A DNA stretch of 64,000 nt from assembly GCA_039028555.1 (NCBI GenBank), contig JBCCHW010000001.1, positions 10,589-74,588 on the forward strand. The letters are read 5' to 3'. Positions within the stretch are counted from its first letter, which is position 1, and each line of letters begins with the position of its first letter. The translations under genes and the position numbers were made by a program. The DNA comes from Pseudomonadota bacterium. GTDB lineage: Bacteria > Pseudomonadota > Alphaproteobacteria > Rhodobacterales > Rhodobacteraceae. Shown here piece after piece: positions 47,923-57,940 of the stretch. Under the pieces are notes generated by a model. That model had not been told where the DNA came from. It was given only the letters and a program-made list of their open reading frames with translations, and did no database searches.

Positions 47923-50355
47923 ATGACCCTCCCTTCGTCTTCCAAGATCGTCATCATAGGTGGCGGTATAATCGGATGCTCCACCGCCTATCATTTGGCT
48001 CATCTGGGTCAGGAGGTGCTGTTGCTGGACAAGGCGGCGCTGACCTCCGGGTCAACTTGGCACGCTGCCGGGCTTGTCGGACAACTCCGTTCGAACGCAA
48101 ATGTCACGCAGATGTTGGGATATTCCATAGACTTGTACCGGCGGTTGGGGGAGGAGACCGGTCTTGCCACTGGTTGGAAGATGAACGGCGGCCTGCGTCT
48201 CGCCTGCAATCCTGAGCGCTGGATAGAGGTGAAACGTCAGGCGACCACCGCACACAGCTTTGGCCTGAACATGCAGCTTTTGACACCGCGGGAGGCGCAG
48301 GATCTTTGGCCGTTAATGGAGATCGGGGATGTGGTTGGTGCGGCCTATCTTCCGACGGATGGGCAAGCGAACCCCTCAGACATTACCCAGGCACTGGCCA
48401 AGGGCGCGCGGTCCAAGGGCGCTATGCTTGTCGAGAACTGTCCGGTGATCGAAATTTTGACCGAACAGGGCCGTCTGGCCGGGGTGCGGACACCCCAGGG
48501 TGATGTGTCCTGCGAGAAACTGGTGTTGTGTGCCGGGCAATGGACTCGGGATCTCGCGGCCTCCATTGGCGTCGTGGTCCCACTGGTCTCGGTGGAACAC
48601 CAGTACATGATCACCGAGCCGTTCGGCGTGCCGTCAGATCTACCAACCCTGCGCGACCCGGATCGATTGACTTATTACAAGGAAGAAGTTGGCGGTCTCT
48701 CGTGGGGTGGTTACGAGCCGAACGGCATTCCCTGGGCTGTCGACGGCATACCTGACAAATTCGACTTTCAGTTGTTGAACTCGAACTTCGACCATTTCGA
48801 ACAGCTGGTGGAGCTTGCATTGCCGCGTGTGCCCAAGCTGGCAGAGGTGGGTGCCAAGCAACTGATCAATGGTCCGGAGAGCTTTACCCCTGATGGAAAC
48901 TTCATCCTTGGTGAGGCTCCAGAGATCGACAATGTCTTTGTGGGCGCGGGGTTCAATGCCTTTGGCATCGCCTCTGGTGGCGGCGCGGGAATGGCGCTGG
49001 CCGAATGGGTGGCAAAAGGCGAACCGCCCTATGACCTTTGGTCAGTCGACATCCGCCGGTTCGGCAGCCCACACCAAGACACGGATTGGGTGCGCACCCG
49101 CACACTCGAGGCCTATGGCAAGCATTACACGATGTCATGGCCGTCTGAAGAGAGTGAGAGCGGGCGCCCATGCCGCCGCTCACCGCTATATGATCGGCTG
49201 GCCCAGGCGGGTGCCGTGTTTGGTGAAAAACTGGGATGGGAGCGGGCCAACTGGTACGCAGAACCCGGTGAAGAGGCGCGCGACATCTACACCTTTGATC
49301 GTCCAAACTGGCACGATCCCGTCGGCCGCGAACACAAGGCGGCACGCGAGGCGGCGGCCTTGTTCGACCAGACCTCGTTTGCAAAATTTGTGCTCAAGGG
49401 ACCGGATGCAGAGGCAGCGCTGAGCTGGATCGCCGCAAACCGCGTGGATCAACCCGTCAACTCCATCATCTATACGCAGATGCTGAATGACCGCGGCGGA
49501 ATTGAATGCGATCTGACCTGTTTGCGAACCCGGCCCGACGCATACTACATCGTCACCGGCACTGGTTTCGCGACCCATGACTTTGACTGGATCAGGCGGA
49601 ACATCCCAAAGGGCATGAACGCCCAACTGGTCGATGTGACCTCAAGCAATGCGGTGCTGTCGCTGTTTGGGCCCAAAGCCCGCGATATCCTGCAGGCTGT
49701 GACAAGAGACGATGTCTCACATGCTGCACATCCCTTTGCCCGGGCGCGACGGATCGGGATTGCCGGCTGCCCTGTGCTGGCGCTGCGGATCACATATGTC
49801 GGCGAGTCAGGGTGGGAGTTGCACTTGCCTGTAGAATACGCTCAGACGGTCTATGACGCCTTGCACCATGCGGGATCGAAACACGGACTTCGCAATGCGG
49901 GTTATCGTGCGATCGAAACGCTGCGCCTCGAGAAGGGATATCGCGCTTGGGGCGGTGATATCGGACCGGACCACACACCGGACGAGGCCGGGCTGGGCTG
50001 GGCGGTCAAAATCAAGTCCGGCATTCCGTTCAAGGGACGAGACGCTGTGGAATCGCAACGCGAGAAAGGTGTTGCGAAGATCTTGGCCACCTTTACCACC
50101 GCCCCGAATGTGATCCTGTCGGGGCGCGAAACGATCTATCGAAATGGCGAACGCTGTGGCTGGCTCTCGTCTGCCGGTTTTGGTCATACAATCAATAAAT
50201 CTATCGGCATGGGCTATGTACGCGGCAAAACAAGTATCACCCACGATCATGTGCTGTCGGGCACATACGAACTCGAGGTTGCGACCGAACGTTTCCCGGC
50301 GGAGGTGACGCTCACCCCACTCTATGATCCGCAGATGCGCAAAGTCAGGGCATGA
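47923..50355 (+). CDS. GcvT-family FAD/THF-dependent amine oxidoreductase (dimethylglycine/sarcosine dehydrogenase-like)
   Basis: IIGGGIIG, GSTWHAAG, NGPESFTPD, GWER, YVGESGWELH, LRLEKGYR and PLYDP. Confidence 0.93.
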   Translation: MTLPSSSKIVIIGGGIIGCSTAYHLAHLGQEVLLLDKAALTSGSTWHAAGLVGQLRSNANVTQMLGYSIDLYRRLGEETGLATGWKMNGGLRLACNPERWIEVKRQATTAHSFGLNMQLLTPREAQDLWPLMEIGDVVGAAYLPTDGQANPSDITQALAKGARSKGAMLVENCPVIEILTEQGRLAGVRTPQGDVSCEKLVLCAGQWTRDLAASIGVVVPLVSVEHQYMITEPFGVPSDLPTLRDPDRLTYYKEEVGGLSWGGYEPNGIPWAVDGIPDKFDFQLLNSNFDHFEQLVELALPRVPKLAEVGAKQLINGPESFTPDGNFILGEAPEIDNVFVGAGFNAFGIASGGGAGMALAEWVAKGEPPYDLWSVDIRRFGSPHQDTDWVRTRTLEAYGKHYTMSWPSEESESGRPCRRSPLYDRLAQAGAVFGEKLGWERANWYAEPGEEARDIYTFDRPNWHDPVGREHKAAREAAALFDQTSFAKFVLKGPDAEAALSWIAANRVDQPVNSIIYTQMLNDRGGIECDLTCLRTRPDAYYIVTGTGFATHDFDWIRRNIPKGMNAQLVDVTSSNAVLSLFGPKARDILQAVTRDDVSHAAHPFARARRIGIAGCPVLALRITYVGESGWELHLPVEYAQTVYDALHHAGSKHGLRNAGYRAIETLRLEKGYRAWGGDIGPDHTPDEAGLGWAVKIKSGIPFKGRDAVESQREKGVAKILATFTTAPNVILSGRETIYRNGERCGWLSSAGFGHTINKSIGMGYVRGKTSITHDHVLSGTYELEVATERFPAEVTLTPLYDPQMRKVRA

Positions 50356-50425
50356 TCCTGTCCCCCGGGGGCCATCCCGCAAATCACTTGCTCGCGGTAG
50401 ATAAGGTCAAGTGATCGTCCGATAA

Positions 50426-51928
50426 TTAGCGCGGTTGTTCCGGCGCCGCTCTCTGATGTCGGATGGCCTTATAGATCGGCCAGAGAATGACCAGCAGTGT
50501 TGCGATTGCCAGCACAGCCGAGATGGGTCGGGTGAGCAACTCGGTCGCATCACCACGGCTGATCAGCAAGGCGCGCCTGACGCTCTGCTCTGCCATTGGC
50601 CCTAGGATCATTCCCAGGATGATCGGGGCAAGCGGGACGTTTACCTTTTCAAGGAAATAGCCAGCGATCCCTGCGAGCAGCATGATCCAAAGATCGACGG
50701 CGCGCCCATTGATCACGTAGACACCAACGCACATGAGGATCAGGATCGCGGGCACCAGAAGAACCCCGGGCAGGCGCTGGAACTGGGCGAAAACTCGGGT
50801 CGCCAGCGCGCCGCCGAGAAACAGGATCAGCACCGAGGTCAGAAGCATCTCCATCATGAAGCCGCCAACCAGAACCGGGCTCTGCTGAAAAAGCTGCGGT
50901 CCGGGTTGGAGACCGTGGATTACCAGGGCGCTGAGAACAAGGGCTGCCACGACATTCCCTGGTATCCCAAGGGCGAGTGCCGGGATCATTGAGGCCGCAT
51001 TGTCAGCATTGTTCCCGCATTCGGCCGCAGCGACCCCTTTGGGATTGCCTGTACCGAATGAACCCGGATCTTTGTCAGCATTCTTGGCCGTGTTGTAGCT
51101 GAGAAAAGCCGCTATGTTCCCTCCGGCCCCAGGCAGAATGCCCACCGAGATCCCGATACAAGAAGCCCGAAGCCATGTTGGAATCAGCCCGGGCAGCTCT
51201 CCATCCTTGAAAGGAACAGCCTGCAGCTTGAGGGCCTTGGCGGAAAGACCTTTGAAATCGCACTTCTCGGCCAATTGGAGAACCGGTGGCAAGGCGTAGA
51301 GCCCGACGAGGACGACAATCAGCGGCATACCTCCCAACAGCCAGGTCTGGTCAAACGTGTAGCGCGCCTGCCCTGACAGGTTGTCGAGGCCGATGGTTCC
51401 GATCCACAATCCCAGGATCGCGGCCAACAGCCCTTTGACCGGATCTGATCCGACCATCACGCCAACCGAAGCCATGCCGAAAACGGCGATCCAGAAGTAT
51501 TCGGCCGGACCAAACAGAAGTGTCACCTGAGCCAGAAGTGGCCCGATCGTCATCAGCGCCAGCGCCGAGGCAATTCCCCCGATCGCCGAGGAGTAACAGG
51601 CAACCTTCAGGGCCTTGGCACCCTCTCCTTTCTTCGCCATCGGGAAACCATCGAATGTCGTGGCAATCGAGGCCGGAGTGCCCGGAATCCGCAGCAGTAT
51701 CGAGGGAATCGCCCCACCATACATCGAGCCGTTGTAGATGCCGGCAACCATGCCGAGAGCCACCAGGGGATCCATCGAATAGGTCAGCGGCAGTAACAGC
51801 GCGATCGCCATCACCGGGTTCAACCCCGGCAGCGCGCCGATGAAGACGCCAAGAATGGTCGCGCCGACCATCGCCAGGATGGGGCCGGGAGAGAGCACGC
51901 CGATCAAGGCATTTACATAGAACTCCAT
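50426..51928 (-). CDS. TctA family permease (second TTT system)
   Basis: GALPGL, YGGAI..IPGTP, AECGNNA, LGIPG, HGLQPGP and APIILG. Confidence 0.93.
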   Translation of the reverse strand: MEFYVNALIGVLSPGPILAMVGATILGVFIGALPGLNPVMAIALLLPLTYSMDPLVALGMVAGIYNGSMYGGAIPSILLRIPGTPASIATTFDGFPMAKKGEGAKALKVACYSSAIGGIASALALMTIGPLLAQVTLLFGPAEYFWIAVFGMASVGVMVGSDPVKGLLAAILGLWIGTIGLDNLSGQARYTFDQTWLLGGMPLIVVLVGLYALPPVLQLAEKCDFKGLSAKALKLQAVPFKDGELPGLIPTWLRASCIGISVGILPGAGGNIAAFLSYNTAKNADKDPGSFGTGNPKGVAAAECGNNADNAASMIPALALGIPGNVVAALVLSALVIHGLQPGPQLFQQSPVLVGGFMMEMLLTSVLILFLGGALATRVFAQFQRLPGVLLVPAILILMCVGVYVINGRAVDLWIMLLAGIAGYFLEKVNVPLAPIILGMILGPMAEQSVRRALLISRGDATELLTRPISAVLAIATLLVILWPIYKAIRHQRAAPEQPR

Positions 51929-51929
51929 C

Positions 51930-52379
51930 TCAGTTTCCCGAGCCTATCAGCGACAGAAACAGTTCGCGCGGCAGCGGTCGTTCCAGGAAGACCGAGAACA
52001 CGAGATAAACGATCGCTACAAAGATCACTCCGACGATCAGGGCATAGACATGGCGCTGGAATCCCAGCGCCGCAGGCAGGACCAACATCAGCAGGAAAGA
52101 TGCTGTGTAAAAACCGAGCGGGACAACAAGGCCCACATAAAGCACGCCGATGACCATGGTCGTAAAAAGCTTGGCAGGCGCATCAATCAGAATGCGCCGG
52201 GCCGAAGACGCCGTACGCAAAGCCTTTAGCGCCACGATTGCGCCGGTCAACGCCAACAGGAGCCCTAGGACGAGCGGATACGTGCCGCTTGCCCCGGAAT
52301 AGGCGCGCGCTCCCAAGGCGGCAGCGATGCCGAGAGCCACAAAAAGAGCCCCCAGCACGATGTCCTGCTGGCGCTCCAT
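51930..52379 (-). CDS. TctB family small membrane subunit
   Basis: Hydrophobic helices, LGFY and VFLERPLP. Confidence 0.88.
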   Translation of the reverse strand: MERQQDIVLGALFVALGIAAALGARAYSGASGTYPLVLGLLLALTGAIVALKALRTASSARRILIDAPAKLFTTMVIGVLYVGLVVPLGFYTASFLLMLVLPAALGFQRHVYALIVGVIFVAIVYLVFSVFLERPLPRELFLSLIGSGN

Positions 52380-52382
52380 GCC

Positions 52383-53333
52383 TCAGAGGCCGAGCGCCTT
52401 GGAAACCTCGGCAAGACCATCGAACTCGTCTTGCAGGCGTTTGCCCAGCGCGTCGCCCTTCACAACGTTGGGAACCTCACCCTTGGTGGCGAGAAAGTCG
52501 ACATATCCCGGGTCATTCACCGAGACCTCGATGACATCCGCCAGTCGCGCTGCGATCGCGGGATCCATGCCTTTAGGGCCCAAGATCGCGCGCCACAGAA
52601 GGGTTTCTTTATCGGCCAGGCCAAGAGAGGAAAGGCCCGACGCACCAGGCAGGGCCGGCACTTCGGCGGCCGAGGTCACGAGCGGGCAGACAGCCGTGCC
52701 AGCCTCGACATGGGGCAGAACAGTCGAGATCGAGCCACCATAGATGTCAACATGCCCGCCGAGAAAGTTTTGGAGCGACTCCTTTGCACCACCAAAGGGG
52801 ATCGCAATCGCCTTGATTCCCTTTGCCTGGAAAATCCGCTCCGCAGCCAACTGCATCGTGCCCCCAATGCCATCATTGGCATAGGTGTACTTGTCAGGGT
52901 TCGCAGCCAGTTCTTCCAGGAAACCGGGGCCATCTGTCGCCGGGAAATCAGCTTTGACGCACAGCGTGTAAGCCGTTTCAGACGTCGAGGCGATTGGTGT
53001 GAAGCTGTCTAGTGAGTAGGCAACGTTTTGTACCTGCGGCACCGTGGTCAGGGGGCTGTTCCACGTCGCGAACAGCGAATACCCATCGGGCTTGGCCTGG
53101 ATGAACTGCGTCGCCCCGACGGCTCCACCACTGCCCGAGACATTCAAGATCGCGATGGGCTGGCCGAGCGCCTCTTCCAGCAGGATTGCCAGTTTGCGTG
53201 CACTTGTGTCAGTGCCGCCTCCGGCACCAGCTGGAATGGTGAGCTCCAACGCACGCTCGGGATATTCTGCGACGGCGGGTGACGACAAGGCGACGGCAGC
53301 GGCGAAGCCGGTCAGGGTTGCTCGTATCTTCAT
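52383..53333 (-). CDS. TctC/Bug family periplasmic binding protein
   Basis: Signal peptide; YPER..IPAGAGGGTD, KPDGYSL and LGGHVD. Confidence 0.93.
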   Translation of the reverse strand: MKIRATLTGFAAAVALSSPAVAEYPERALELTIPAGAGGGTDTSARKLAILLEEALGQPIAILNVSGSGGAVGATQFIQAKPDGYSLFATWNSPLTTVPQVQNVAYSLDSFTPIASTSETAYTLCVKADFPATDGPGFLEELAANPDKYTYANDGIGGTMQLAAERIFQAKGIKAIAIPFGGAKESLQNFLGGHVDIYGGSISTVLPHVEAGTAVCPLVTSAAEVPALPGASGLSSLGLADKETLLWRAILGPKGMDPAIAARLADVIEVSVNDPGYVDFLATKGEVPNVVKGDALGKRLQDEFDGLAEVSKALGL

Positions 53334-53357
53334 GGTTTCCTCCTGTTTTTGGGCTGT

Positions 53358-54089
53358 TCAGGTAATTTCATTGCGGTAGCGGAACCGCTCGGCGCTGCCA
53401 TGCGCGATGCGCCACTCAACAGGCCTGCCTTCGATGTCGAAGGCGGTTCGTTGGATCGTGATCAACGGGTCGCCTTCGTCGAGCTGCAGTTGGGCGGCCA
53501 CCCCGGAAGATGCATGCGCAAAGACCAACTCATCGGTCGCGCGCTTTACGAAAACGCCGAACCGTTCGAAGTAGAGCGGATACAGCAGCGGACCGAAGGC
53601 GGACTCCGGCAACTCCTCGAATCCGGCAAACATCTCGGTCGGAATGCAGATCTCTTCAAAAAGCAACGGTTCGTCGGATAGGCTGCGAAGCCGGACGATC
53701 TTGATGACGTCGTCGGTGCCAAGCGCCTTTGCCGACTCCGCCGGGGCATCAACGCGACTTCGAAGGATCAACTTGCTCGACGGAATCGAGAGTTCGGAAC
53801 CGTCCACTTCACGGAACTGGAAGAATCGAAAGAGCGTCGCATCAAAGGACGGTGCCCGAACAAAGGTGCCAGATCCCTGCCGCCGCTCCAGCAGCCCCTC
53901 CTGCACAAGGCCGTCGACCCCCTTGCGCACCGTGCCAACCGACAGGCCATAGTCTTTCGCCAGCCGGGCTTCTGAAGGAATCGGCTGAGCCGAGGTCCAC
54001 TCGCCATTGGCGATCCGACGTGCCAGCGCGTCGCGCAGCCGTACATAGGCCGGCAAGCGGTCATCCATCGCCGTGAACCCGGTTGTCAT
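53358..54089 (-). CDS. GntR/HutC (UTRA) transcriptional regulator
   Basis: IPSEARLA..SVGTVRKG, RRQGSGTFV and the UTRA C-terminus RTAFD..GRPVEWR. Confidence 0.92.
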   Translation of the reverse strand: MTTGFTAMDDRLPAYVRLRDALARRIANGEWTSAQPIPSEARLAKDYGLSVGTVRKGVDGLVQEGLLERRQGSGTFVRAPSFDATLFRFFQFREVDGSELSIPSSKLILRSRVDAPAESAKALGTDDVIKIVRLRSLSDEPLLFEEICIPTEMFAGFEELPESAFGPLLYPLYFERFGVFVKRATDELVFAHASSGVAAQLQLDEGDPLITIQRTAFDIEGRPVEWRIAHGSAERFRYRNEIT

Positions 54090-54122
54090 GACTTTCCTCC
54101 TGCGCTTACGATACGCAAAACA

Positions 54123-54153
54123 CTTACATATAGTCAACCAGTCATGTATATGA
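54123..54153. promoter_or_regulatory. Putative HutC/GntR-type operator in divergent promoter
   Basis: Near-palindrome TCATGTATATGA (54142-54153) plus a related TTACATATAGT between the regulator and the amidohydrolase. Confidence 0.45.
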
Positions 54154-54174
54154 ATTTGAGGAGGAACTGTCTCG

Positions 54175-54954
54175 ATGATCCATTTCGATTGTCATGCACA
54201 TGTGTATGAGAGGATTTCGGCAATCCCGGGCGCAAGGTATTCTCCGGCATCCCCGGCGCCGCTCTCCTCATGGATTGAGAACCTGGAAAGTCATGACCTT
54301 AAGGGCGGGATAATCGTTCAAGTCAGCTTCCTCGGAACGGACAATTCTGAACTGTGCGCGGCCTTGGCCAAGCTGGATAGAGCACGCTTTGCGGGTGTGG
54401 CGGTTGTCGCGCTCGACGTGGATGATCTCGCGCTAGGTCGGTTGGTCGCTTCTGGAATCCGGGGAGTTCGATGGAATCTGGTTGGGGGAGATTCTGTTCC
54501 GAACATAAAGTCGCCGATTGTTCAGGACTTCTTCGCCAAATTGCGCCAGAAGAAGCTCCATCTAGAAGTCCATCTGGAAGGACCGCGGCTCGCGAGACAC
54601 TTGGCTGAGTTGACCGACCAGGGTGTGAACGTCGTCATCGATCACTACGGCCTTCCCTCGGATCCCCACCCCCGATCCGATCCGATGCTGAATGCTGTTG
54701 CCTTGTTACCTTATCGCGAGAATCTCTTTTTCAAGTTCTCGGCACATTACCGATCCAAGTTCGATCTGACACCCCACTCGATGAGATTGCTGGACCTGCT
54801 CGACGATCACCACATTGTCTGGGGAAGCGACTGGCCGCACACTCAGCATGAGAACTCTGTGAACTACAACAACACGTTTATCGACGCGGCTCAGCGCGCC
54901 GATATCTCCGATATCGAAGTCGCAAGACACTTGTATGGTATCTCAAGTCGTTAG
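54175..54954 (+). CDS. Amidohydrolase_2 family lactonase-like protein (LigI/COG3618-like)
   Basis: DCHAHV, VQVSFLGTDNS, GIRGVRWN, IDHYG and WGSDWPHT. Confidence 0.88.
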   Translation: MIHFDCHAHVYERISAIPGARYSPASPAPLSSWIENLESHDLKGGIIVQVSFLGTDNSELCAALAKLDRARFAGVAVVALDVDDLALGRLVASGIRGVRWNLVGGDSVPNIKSPIVQDFFAKLRQKKLHLEVHLEGPRLARHLAELTDQGVNVVIDHYGLPSDPHPRSDPMLNAVALLPYRENLFFKFSAHYRSKFDLTPHSMRLLDLLDDHHIVWGSDWPHTQHENSVNYNNTFIDAAQRADISDIEVARHLYGISSR

Positions 54955-55156
54955 GGTCTGATCCCAAAAGGCGAAATCGGGCACACCACTGACGCAAACA
55001 AAAGCCCAGTTCATCCGCGACACTGGTATCGCCGCATTCTCTTGGTTCAGGCCCCATGGAGATATCGGATAATGGTACCTTGTCATTCGCGTCCCTCTAA
55101 GCCGACGTAAGCCGATGACGTGGCTTGGGCCCTTGGCCAGCAACTCTGCTTCGAAT

Positions 55157-55320
55157 TGAACTACCCGGTGGGGCTTCCGCGCGAGTATCAGACCGACGTG
55201 AGCTGGCATTCTCCATTCAAGGTCCCGCATGCGGGATCAGGACGCTTCCATGAAAAGAGGCACGCTCAACAAAGCGCAGATCGCGTTCTTGCTGGAGCAC
55301 TACGGGACGCCTTGCCCTAA
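55157..55320 (+). mobile_element. Degraded IS3-family left end with OrfA N-terminal remnant
   Basis: Starts 5'-TGAACTACCC. The ATG at 55250 gives MKRGTLNKAQIAFLLE, resembling IS3 OrfA starts (MKxSxFSxAQIAFIL), then decays. Confidence 0.5.
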
Positions 55321-55424
55321 CGCTCCATATTGGACGCAACAGGGCCGAGCGGCTGCGTGGGTTCGCGGCCGAGATGCGCCAGGAGCGTGTTTCTCTCACG
55401 TCACTCTCGGACGGATTGTTTTAT

Positions 55425-56417
55425 CTAGGAGTCACTACGCGAGGTAGCAGAGAGGGAGGATCGAAAACTTTTGACCCACCGTCGACTGATCGAAAAGATC
55501 TCTACAATCGGCTGTTTGTAGATTGAAACTAGTTCCGCGTGTGGAGATTCTTCGGCGCGCAGCAGACCGAATTCCAGGTCTTTTTCAGGCTCTGAGAGAT
55601 GAAGAGATCCGAAGACCCAATCCCATATGGCGAGTGCTGCACCGAAGTTTTTGTCATAGTGCTCTTCGGCGATCGAATGATGCAGCTGATGCTGTGCGGG
55701 CGAGATAAGGACCCGTTCCAACCATGGCCAATAGCTAATATTGATATGGGAATGTCTCAGGTTCGATCCCGTGACGTGAAAGATGAAGACCAAAACATTC
55801 ACGCCGACAATCGTGTAGAGGTCGACCTTATCGCCAAACAAATAGACAAAAGTCGAGATCGCGACGCCCTGTGCGGCAGCGCTGCGCAATCCATAAAGAA
55901 TACCTTCCAGCGGATGCACCCGGTAGACGGTGACCGGCGTCAAGGTTGTCGCCGAATGATGGGTCTTGTGGATCGCCCAAAGGATCGGCCAATGATGCAT
56001 CCAGCGATGGACAAAGTACTTCGTGAAATCATCAATCACAAACATAGTGATCGAAAACAAGGCAACTACGACCGCATGGCTGACTTCGTGAAAGTATCCG
56101 GCGTGCAGAAACTCGATCTCGTGTAGCCAGAAGTAAATCGCCGTCGCGATGATAAGCTGTGTGATTAACAGCGGTGAAACGAAGAGTGAGAAAACCCGGT
56201 TGATCACAAAAATCTTGTAGTCGGCAACGGATGAGTCAGAGAAAAAAACCTGCCGGTCGAAAAACTTCGACAAGGCTGATCGGATCGCCATGCGTCTCAC
56301 CACAACCAGCCAAACCATGGCGATCACGAGCGACAGCCCAAGATATCCGACGAAAACCCGTTTCTTCGGGTCCGCAAAGTCGGCGAAGATTGCCGATATC
56401 TGGTCCATCAAGTCCAT
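55425..56417 (-). CDS. Sterol desaturase / fatty-acid hydroxylase superfamily membrane di-iron protein
   Basis: His boxes HRWMH, HKTHH, LRHSH and HQLHH; YRVHPLE and NFG..LAIWDW.FGS. Confidence 0.92.
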   Translation of the reverse strand: MDLMDQISAIFADFADPKKRVFVGYLGLSLVIAMVWLVVVRRMAIRSALSKFFDRQVFFSDSSVADYKIFVINRVFSLFVSPLLITQLIIATAIYFWLHEIEFLHAGYFHEVSHAVVVALFSITMFVIDDFTKYFVHRWMHHWPILWAIHKTHHSATTLTPVTVYRVHPLEGILYGLRSAAAQGVAISTFVYLFGDKVDLYTIVGVNVLVFIFHVTGSNLRHSHINISYWPWLERVLISPAQHQLHHSIAEEHYDKNFGAALAIWDWVFGSLHLSEPEKDLEFGLLRAEESPHAELVSIYKQPIVEIFSISRRWVKSFRSSLSATSRSDS

Positions 56418-56445
56418 GTTGATCTTAGACCGGGGAGTTGAGGTG

Positions 56446-56466
56446 GGGCGGCGCATCGCGCCGCCC
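56446..56466 (-). terminator. Intergenic GC hairpin without U tract (mRNA-stabilising or partial terminator)
   Basis: GGGCGGCGC-ATC-GCGCCGCCC forms a perfect 9-bp stem, 10 nt after the DUF4856 stop. Confidence 0.6.
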
Positions 56467-56476
56467 GTGTTCGGAT

Positions 56477-57892
56477 TCAGTCTGTTTCGGCGTTGCTGTC
56501 AGCGTCCAGCTTATCCGCGAGCGATGCGAGATCCGACGTCGCGTCGTTCCCCCGTGCTTTCACGCCCAGATCGTTGATCAGCATCTTCTGCACTTTCAAC
56601 ATATGAAGCTGGTAATCGCTCCACGTCCGCTTCCGGTCACGGACAAAGTTCCCATCGGCATCAATTCCCGTGACATAGCTGTTGTCGGCGGTTACCGGCC
56701 CATAGCCGATCAGCCTGTTCAATTGAACGGCCGTTTCACCAAGGTTGTTCTTGCCGGTCTGCAGCGCCATGGCAAAACCTTTGAGTTCACCCCAATGCTT
56801 GACGTAGGCGCGATAGGCCTTTGCCTTTTCCTCATCGGTCTTGGCCTCTTTCATTTTGGTGATGTCTTTATAGACCGATCCGGCATACTTAAAGACGGCC
56901 TCAGCCAGCACCGTTTCCCAGGCGTCATTGATGGTCTTTGCATACTGCTGGAGCTTGGCGAGTTGATCCGGTGTAAGGTTTTCACCATTTGCCGACGCGA
57001 TCAGGTTGCGACCATCGATGAAGGCCGACATGATCGTATCCATATAGTTCGTCACGCCGCTACGGTCTGCGCCCGCTGCATAATAGGCATTGCCGAACAC
57101 GTACTCGGATTTGAGATCGACCACACCATCTCCATTTGCGTCGGCCGATGCCAGATCCTTCATCTTCGCGACAGCATAGTTCTGATCGGGTGAGAGCGTT
57201 CCACTATGAGCCGCGGCTCCGAAGTATCCGAACGCCTCGTCCCACGAGTGCTCTTTGCCGGTATAGGGAGCCCCCTCTTTGTAGGGCTTGCCGTTTGGCT
57301 TGTTATCGGGCTGCATCTTTTCATCGAGGTAGTTATCCACCGCCTGGTTGTACGAAACCCCGCCAAGAGTAAACTTAGAGATCAGCTGCGCCCAGTCATA
57401 ACCATTCTCGGCATCGTAACCGCCGTCAGATTTCGCGGCATGTTTGATCATGTGAACGATGGCCTCGCGGCCGGTCATGTCGCCGGGCCAAGCGGGCATG
57501 GCTCCGTTGTAAAACTTTCCTTCGAGGTTTTTGCCCTTGGAGATTTCGTTCACCGTCGATTGCTTAAAGGGGAACCCATCCTTTCCCGCCGGCGCGATGA
57601 TCGGCAGATCGTTGTCAGAGCCTTGGAAATAGCTCAGCATCTGCACTTCGATCTCTTCGGCGTTGCCGCCGCCGTCACCCTTGCCCGCCAGTTTCTTGAG
57701 ACTGTCATGCAGGACATAGCGGGCAACCTGTCCCGAATAAGAGACCGAGTTGGTCTTATCGCCCGAGTATCCCTTTACCGTAACAGGCTGGGCGCCATAG
57801 ACATCTCCGGCGCTCGCGCCTGTGGCGGCTGTGGTCGCGACAACAGCCGTTGCAATCAGGAAGGTGGAGCCCTTCAAGAGCTTGGTGAGCAT
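56477..57892 (-). CDS. DUF4856-like secreted protein (probable imelysin-like metal-binding fold)
   Basis: Signal peptide; VSYSGQ, QLISKF..G.VSYNQAVDNYL, EHSWDEAFGYFG and WGELKGFAMALQ; GGAGG RBS. Confidence 0.8.
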   Translation of the reverse strand: MLTKLLKGSTFLIATAVVATTAATGASAGDVYGAQPVTVKGYSGDKTNSVSYSGQVARYVLHDSLKKLAGKGDGGGNAEEIEVQMLSYFQGSDNDLPIIAPAGKDGFPFKQSTVNEISKGKNLEGKFYNGAMPAWPGDMTGREAIVHMIKHAAKSDGGYDAENGYDWAQLISKFTLGGVSYNQAVDNYLDEKMQPDNKPNGKPYKEGAPYTGKEHSWDEAFGYFGAAAHSGTLSPDQNYAVAKMKDLASADANGDGVVDLKSEYVFGNAYYAAGADRSGVTNYMDTIMSAFIDGRNLIASANGENLTPDQLAKLQQYAKTINDAWETVLAEAVFKYAGSVYKDITKMKEAKTDEEKAKAYRAYVKHWGELKGFAMALQTGKNNLGETAVQLNRLIGYGPVTADNSYVTGIDADGNFVRDRKRTWSDYQLHMLKVQKMLINDLGVKARGNDATSDLASLADKLDADSNAETD

Positions 57893-57940
57893 TTCGTTAC
57901 CTCCGTTGTGGTAAAATCACAGGCTTAACATCAGCCAAAT

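Noticed and set aside
55425-56417. Sterol biosynthesis
   Set aside because: The family name only reflects the His-box fold. No squalene epoxidase or oxidosqualene cyclase is in the window.
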